From assembly GCA_036172245.1 (NCBI GenBank), contig JAYWIR010000015.1, positions 2,170,001-2,234,000 on the forward strand: DNA of 64,000 nt, written 5' to 3'. Source of the DNA: Raillietiella orientalis (taxonomy: Eukaryota). The notes below the pieces were generated by a model. The model made no database searches. It was given only the letters and a program-made list of their open reading frames with translations, and was not told the DNA's origin. Position numbers and translations under genes: made by a program. Within the stretch, counting starts at the first letter, position 1, and each line of letters opens with the position of its first letter. Below are positions 58,901-64,000 of this stretch, in pieces.

Positions 58901-61900
58901 TCCCATTGCTTATATGCTCGAAGAATTGGTCCGGAAGCTAAGGGATCGAATCCAGTAACTTGGAAAGATTTTTTGACTAGTGCGATTGCTATTTGAGACT
59001 TGTGTTTTTCAGGATATAAATTCAGTCTCTGGGGCGAGGGATGAGAGAGAGAGGAAGCACTCTTATGCCTGGTGCGCATTGTCAAATTTTATGACATAGG
59101 AGGAAATCATCTATGTTGCCGTACTACTGTTTGTGGGAATCTGCCAGGATGATGGAAGCTTGAAAATATTTTTGAGAAACGGTAAATGAGTGTGGTTCCG
59201 ATAGCGTTGCTGGCTTTCTAAGCTTCTCAAGCTTCGAAAGAGATAGCCTTCTGAGATTTGTGAGTTTTAAATACTGCTATGTAAGTTTGTCTTGCTATTT
59301 GGATCTTACAGAGCAACGGATTAAATTCGAAAATTGCATTCAAATCAATCATATTACCCATTTAAGATGGAAGAAACTTCATAGTTTCTTTAATTCAGAT
59401 GCTTAGATAAGGGAAATCGACACCATTACATACTATGAAACCCTGATAATGGGAAATGTTATGGGGAAATATTCAAATTTTCTAATACGTAAAAAGTTGC
59501 TCACTTTCTTTATGTATGTGAACTTCCCATCTCCCTAATTGAGAGACGTTCTTGATTTTCGGGGGGAAGGCGAACAAAAGAATACATATTTCTTAAAATC
59601 CTTGGATTAAACGGGTCTGACTACGGCACATGCTCCTCTGTCTATTCATATTGGACGAAATCAGAGTATCTGAATGAAGACATCCGTTCCCCTCTTTAGA
59701 GAGACACGAACGATTAAAGTCAGCGAACTAACCTCGTTTCGAATGTTCCCCCCCTTCTCTTATTTGTAATAGCGGCAACTATTAATTTATGTATGGTTTC
59801 GATTCACTTTATCGAATGAAGCAGGTCTAGGTTGCAGTAGTTTGGGAGAGGCATTGAATAAAATCCTAGAATAAGATGCAATGAGTACACTTTCTGTTGC
59901 AACAGTTTTCGAAGGAAAACGGTGATGTGGATATTCAAACATTCCTCATAGGCTCTTCTTAAGAACCAAACTTCCATAGCTCATGCTACTCACCCAGCTT
60001 ACCCTTATTTGTAATTTACCTTAACTCCTTAACGACGTTACTTTTTTTTTTAACCCAGCATTTGCCCTCATGTTACTTTTGAACCCACCATTACCATCAA
60101 TATTTTCTCGTCCCCATAATTAGATCACATTCGCGTTGATCCAGTAACAATTTTTAAAACTACTACATATTTTTCCAGATACGCCCCAGCTTGCCCTTTT
60201 CCCTTCTTGACAGAAATTTTCGCTTTCATTACTAACAGAATACGTAATACTATCAGAAAGCACTACAATCTTTTCCACTTCCTTGCTCTCCTCATTCTGG
60301 ATGCTTATCTTAGAGCTTGAAATAACTTCAGTGTGGACCAGTATTCGTTAAAGAAGGTTTTTGAATACGGATTTTTAATTGAGAACGGCTGCATTCCTTC
60401 CGACTATAAAGATGCAATGAAAATAAGGACGGTCAAGGTATGTCACAAGCAAGTGAAAAAGATCAAACAAGATGGTGCTCGATTGCCTTCTCATTGCTTA
60501 CTTATTCATGTGAAGTTTTGAATTTGAGTGAGAAAAAGGAGATATGGGAGTTTCCGTAGCCAAGAAAAGAGCAGTAAAGGAATTAGGAGATGGCCTGTGC
60601 TTGCACGCTGTACTGATGATGATAAGCTCAAAAGTTCCTAGAAGTTCAGAATACCCTATTTGACTTTACACTCAATTCCAAATACTAACAAAAGAATAAT
60701 CATCGTTATAGTGGAGTAAAAATGATTATTGCATCGTTCGAAACGGAATAATAATAAAACAAACGGAAGATGCCTAGGTGTAATGGAAATCAAAATAGTT
60801 CATTTGATTACTGAAAGCCAAGTTTTTGAAGAGATTATATTTTTGGGTGATGCCACAACTCACTTTGCTGCTCATTTGGGCTGTATGCCATGAATGAAAT
60901 CCACAAGAAAATCGATGTATAAAATGGCTACATTGCCCGCTTTCACAGATTTTGAACACACCCCTCACCATCCAAGTTCTGTGCTCTTTCAACTACCGAT
61001 TATAAAATTATAACGGATTGTTAAGGTGTCAAATTTCTAAGATTTCCAGGATAATCACTACTGAAGTGTAACTGATTTTTTTTCCCAGCCAGATGGCTTA
61101 AAAACTCGAAAACTTTTCGATGAAGAAAGCTTTCACAACTTATATAGATTTCAAGCGTTTCAGATATTATTTCCCACAATGCAGTCGAAACTGGAAAACA
61201 AGATTTAGCAAAGAACATTCAAAACAGAAGAACCCCGAATGTTTTCGATTCTAGAAATTGCCATGACCAAAATACCGAGTTCAGAAAAGGACAAACCGTC
61301 CTTAGGAGAAAAAACGAAATGTTTTTCTCAAATTTTATTATCCATCGATAGAGAATCCTCGTTAGCTACATTTGGTACCATGGCTCTTAGTTTCTTTCCT
61401 TGTCTTTTCATTTGTTCGCAATGTTCCGAAATTTCAAAACTCGGAATTGACTCTGGTTAACACCCTGAACGCAAACGATGGCTGGCACTCTTTCAGGACT
61501 GATTTCAAAAATGCGGATATGATTTTCGAGATGATTTCTCGACAATAAGAATTCCATTTGGTCCATTTGGAAACATTATTTCAAGACACCCTTTACTCAT
61601 GTTTGTTTTCGTTACAGCATACGAATCCGGAATGCTCCACGAGTTAAAGATTAGTTCCGAAAATTAGGAATTCCCTTCACTTTTTTTTTTTTTTTTTAAA
61701 GTGAAACGAAAAGTGTGATCTTATGAAACTGTAGTCCATAAGAAATTTTTCTTATGCAAAAATTAGTCTAAGCCAAAATTTCTTCTGAATAATTCTTTCC
61801 TTACACTTGGAATTAGTAGCTTGGAGTACTTATATTGTCCACACAGCAACATTTTGTTTACGTAAACATTGCAAACATTGTCTTATACTTCTAAACGACT

Positions 61901-63287
61901 GTATTGTCTATCCAGCAGGTGTGCTGACTTTAATGTTGATCTAAATCACACTTGAAAACAGGAAAAGATGCCGTGGTATTTTTATGAATCAGGATTGCTA
62001 TTGACCATGCAAACAGGTGATTGGAGAATTTTCTCTAAAAATAATGAGCACAAATATTTGAAATAACTGCGCTGAAGTGTTCTCGATGACCATCACATTT
62101 GGACTCGACGAAAAATGAAAGTAATAAAAAGTTGCTTTTTCGAGTACTTGTGAATCCGACAGCCATCATTCAAGGCAAAAGAATTTATTGTGATAGTGAA
62201 AATGTAAAATAAATGATGTAATAAATTCAAACATCCGCGAAAATTTCTGAAAATTCAGAAATTCAAGTTGTAAGACTCGGAGAGACAAAAGAGTTTCTTT
62301 GAAAACCAATTCACAATCTTTAATTAAACTCATGCAACTACAAAAGATCTGAGACGGGTTGACAAGGTTCCAGAGAGGAAGAATGTAACAAGGGAATCGA
62401 TGCTTAAACGAGAAAGAAGCAGTAGGCTGTGTAGTGCCATTTATGGACATTTATGAGTCACCATCAACATGTTCTTAAAACATTGGATGCATTTCTCAGC
62501 TCACGCGCACACGATTCTTGACTTTACAGACATTCATAAAGTTTTAATGACTTGCCAAACTCTAGCTTTCCGCGAAAGTGCTAAGCTCAACCGATTTGTT
62601 GTAGGGCAGTTTCTCATAATTTTGAACAATGTTGTCGTGAAAAGCCGAAATCGATTTTGCAAACAGCAAAGCTGATTTGAAAAACAAGCAGAGGTGCACA
62701 CAAGACGAATCATCAGCGTTTCTTTAATCGAGAATCTTTGTCGTAGCTCCGGCTCGAGCACCGTTCGAAAATAGAAGAATGATTTGTGGCTGTTCTTGAC
62801 ATTTCCCGAAACCGATTCGTTCGTTTCTCTCTCTCTCTCTCTTCAGTTCCAAGGAATACACTCGAAAGTTATACGAATATTACTAGTTCGTTATCACAAT
62901 TAACGTCCATCAGTCAGGCAATACAAGTATCGAAGGTTTTGAATGACCTTACTCTTATATCTAACAGCTGCACACAGCCAACAGTTAGTAGTGATGTCTC
63001 CCACTCTATCTGTCCTCTTATTGTAGGTGTGACGGAAGAATTTGAGAAGTATTCTGGAATTCTTCTCCAATAAGAAACCATACTGGAAGCAGGAAATGAA
63101 TGCAAAGCTTCAAATTCAGGATCTTCAAGAATTAGTCCAGTTGTGCTCTACAATCTTATAAGGATTGATTTTCACTGAAGTTTTTCACCTGATGCAGAGT
63201 TTTCGACTTCCCCTTGGACACCCCTAATCCTTCCCATTTTTCTGAGTTAATTTCTGCATCTGACCATTCAGTCCATGGAACAACGCG
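25767..63287 (-). CDS. ADGB: Androglobin (calpain-like domain + circularly permuted globin split by IQ motif); multi-exon gene, first exon(s) and several internal exons unresolved
   Basis: A dozen or more minus-strand exons with GT-AG ends match recalled ADGB motifs in collinear order, from [16 protein letters not shown] at 63.2 kb to a Lys-rich C-terminus at 25.8 kb. Main exons are listed separately. Confidence 0.88.
30105..30289 (-). CDS. ADGB: ADGB exon
   Basis: [41 protein letters not shown], cf. DTERADEIRAMKQAWETTEPGRAIKASQARLHYL. Confidence 0.85.
31645..32063 (-). CDS. ADGB: ADGB exon
   Basis: Charged region ending [19 protein letters not shown], cf. EDPNKPYWILRLVTE. Phase-compatible with both neighbours. 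Confidence 0.8.
33166..33303 (-). CDS. ADGB: ADGB exon
   Basis: [27 protein letters not shown], cf. IQCSVLYNSWPLTESQ. Confidence 0.8.
33390..33645 (-). CDS. ADGB: ADGB exon (boundaries approximate)
   Basis: [42 protein letters not shown], cf. ATIQVRTSKPDAFIKLQVLENEETMVSSTGKGQAIIPAF. Confidence 0.75.
35345..35860. repeat. Hairpin-rich dispersed repeat, copy 2 (in ADGB intron)
   Basis: Dense short palindromes: tcctc-cgaa-gagga (35725-35738), ccc-cgaa-ggg (35739-35748), gctccc-cgaa-gggagc (35774-35789), ccc-gcaa-ggg, ctc-tgga-gag. Homologous to 17705-17990 and 44940-45610. Confidence 0.9.
37641..37840 (-). CDS. ADGB: ADGB exon
   Basis: [32 protein letters not shown]...[11 protein letters not shown], cf. 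KGYTFVAE...RWKLRLIG...YYIPNDKKILF. Confidence 0.85.
37893..38241 (-). CDS. ADGB: ADGB exon (may contain a small in-frame intron)
   Basis: NLLKHSPHL...HCFFRHSF...[12 protein letters not shown], cf. FIVFRETF...LHIVNNDTMEQV. Phase-2 junction with the IQ exon. Confidence 0.85.
39756..40000 (-). CDS. ADGB: ADGB exon with IQ-like motif and globin helices A-B (5' boundary approximate)
   Basis: [24 protein letters not shown]...[11 protein letters not shown]...VVFLR, cf. AAAIKIQAMWRGTYVRLLMKAR...DTLQKVWAVL...VSLLR. Confidence 0.8.
41829..42269 (-). CDS. ADGB: Two ADGB exons (42269-42127 and 42085-41829; 41-nt intron) covering globin helices C-H
   Basis: [20 protein letters not shown]...GSEEFI and [10 protein letters not shown]...[13 protein letters not shown], cf. 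RHMLLFNAYSPVGHSIHICS...GDEHVV and FKFAFRAMVLDLE. Confidence 0.85.
44940..45610. repeat. Hairpin-rich dispersed repeat, copy 3 (longest; in ADGB intron)
   Basis: Shares ctctttaacactgttccacgccacccg, ccctatgaatcc, ccggagggaacccgcaag and actcctctgaagagaaccccgaagggacgc with copy 2. Extra hairpins such as gacc-cgaa-ggtc (45587-45598). Confidence 0.9.
47221..47384 (+). repeat. Direct repeat copy A (~165 bp)
   Basis: Nearly identical to 48557-48720 (cagcatgaattaatactaagccaacctttcgtgagagtttgc...cttctgataaatcga). Confidence 0.95.
47510..47750 (-). CDS. ADGB: Probable ADGB exon (5' boundary approximate)
   Basis: Ends [12 protein letters not shown] at a GTAAGA donor, cf. EIWLDFEDFCVCF. Confidence 0.6.
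48557..48720 (+). repeat. Direct repeat copy B (~165 bp)
   Basis: Nearly identical to 47221-47384. Confidence 0.95.
53197..53356 (-). CDS. ADGB: ADGB exon
   Basis: [17 protein letters not shown], cf. DKVWELLKEILPEFKL. Confidence 0.8.
53623..53843 (-). CDS. ADGB: ADGB exon, calpain-like domain
   Basis: [23 protein letters not shown]...[15 protein letters not shown]...LTGWIPE is strongly calpain/ADGB-like. Confidence 0.93.
55895..56045. repeat. Compound (CA)n-(TA)n-(TG)n-(TATG)n microsatellite
   Basis: Directly visible. Confidence 0.95.
56956..56990 (+). pseudogene. U2: U2 snRNA 5' fragment (3'-truncated retrocopy)
   Basis: tcgcttctcggccttttggctaagatcaaagtgta matches the U2 5' end, and similarity stops before the rest of the branch-point pairing region. 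Flanked by direct repeat tgtaaacact. Confidence 0.92.
57466..57676 (-). CDS. ADGB: ADGB exon, calpain-like domain
   Basis: EIISTIECL...[16 protein letters not shown]...[14 protein letters not shown], cf. [16 protein letters not shown]...FNSYGKYVVKLYWM. Confidence 0.93.
57900..59000 (+). mobile_element. Possible decayed LTR-retrotransposon pol fragment (RNase H-like)
   Basis: Run of broken + strand ORFs. [14 protein letters not shown] resembles the DAS..GLG..L.Q RNase H motif. Weak. Confidence 0.3.
59990..60320 (-). mobile_element. Decayed LINE (RTE-like) RT C-terminal fragment
   Basis: [22 protein letters not shown]...LWGREN resembles I.I..E.LE.VE.F.YLGS.IT...LLYG.ETW. Confidence 0.45.
62948..63287 (-). 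CDS. ADGB: Two N-terminal ADGB exons (63287-63189 and 63147-~62948; 41-nt intron)
   Basis: [19 protein letters not shown] and LILEDPE...[10 protein letters not shown]...TP, cf. PIWPEWSEADINSEKWD and FFEDPEG...YSWKRPQDI...TP. Confidence 0.9.
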
Positions 63288-64000
63288 CTGAATCCCTTCG
63301 CCATGAGCATTTGAAGAGTGAAAAGACATGTTGACATCCAAAAAGTCGAAAGGTTTTTCAAGTCCTTACCTGGGAAACAGACACTAAGTAAATATGTACA
63401 GATTTGTCTCATTCGAGAGGTCTTCATAAGCATATTCCTACTCGGTGACATTCAAGAGTCACATAAAAATTGACTAAATCTATCCAAGGGCGAAAAAAAC
63501 AGTCTTTATTACTCATCTATTTTCTTTTTTTGAAAAATAGATCAGCTAGACATGGGTTAGCACGGATATGAGAGGAGTGGTTGTGTATAGAAGACCATGA
63601 AGTTTAGAAACTATAAATGAAATCCAAAATGAGTAAATGAGATACAATGGAGATAGATGTCATAATAAATACACAGAAGATGTTTTAAAATTAGTAATGG
63701 AACAAAAATTGAGATGCTAACTCACGGCAGTGCATCTGTGATGTTATCCCATAGCTAGTTATTAGACCGTTATCAGCGATATTTTTTTTTCTCAAAAAAA
63801 AAGTTTACTTGTGATGAAATAACATGTGGACATGTTTTTAATCAATACTGTTGTATTCATGGAGAAAATAATCGAAACAGGACAATTTGAATCCATATTC
63901 TGTTAATACGTTTATTTTTTGATAAAAAATCAAGGAATGATAGTAAATCTATGTTTAATGTTTAGTGAAATTTCAGAACATGAATTGCATTACCACTCTT

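Noticed and set aside
60333..60660. LINE ORF1 (gag-like) remnant
   Set aside because: Resemblance limited to a few residues; too weak to call.
61021..61218. ORF with ALWEIISE resembling ADGB RWIISE
   Set aside because: The equivalent motif (EIIST) is already in the 57676 exon, and the splice phase does not fit.

Overview
Eukaryotic (metazoan, probably arthropod) nuclear DNA with very short introns (mostly 34-52 nt where boundaries can be fixed). Left to right: the 5' end of a DYNC2H1-like gene (-, runs off the left edge); a 59-aa intronless NDUFB1 gene missed by the ORF track (-); a complete 10-exon SMAD4/Medea gene (-, 589 aa); decayed LINE fragments and an inverted repeat; a GC-rich intronless gene for a membrane-anchored trypsin-like protein lacking its catalytic triad (+); and a ~37.5 kb multi-exon androglobin (ADGB) gene (-) whose heme ligands appear substituted. 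Non-coding highlights: a three-copy repeat family packed with short hairpins that read as C(UUCG)G tetraloops on one strand, a 35-nt U2 snRNA 5' fragment with a target-site duplication, a ~165-bp direct repeat flanking ADGB exons, and microsatellites. Homology calls come from recalled family sequences, not database searches. Most short ORFs in the track are antisense shadows or GC-driven noise.
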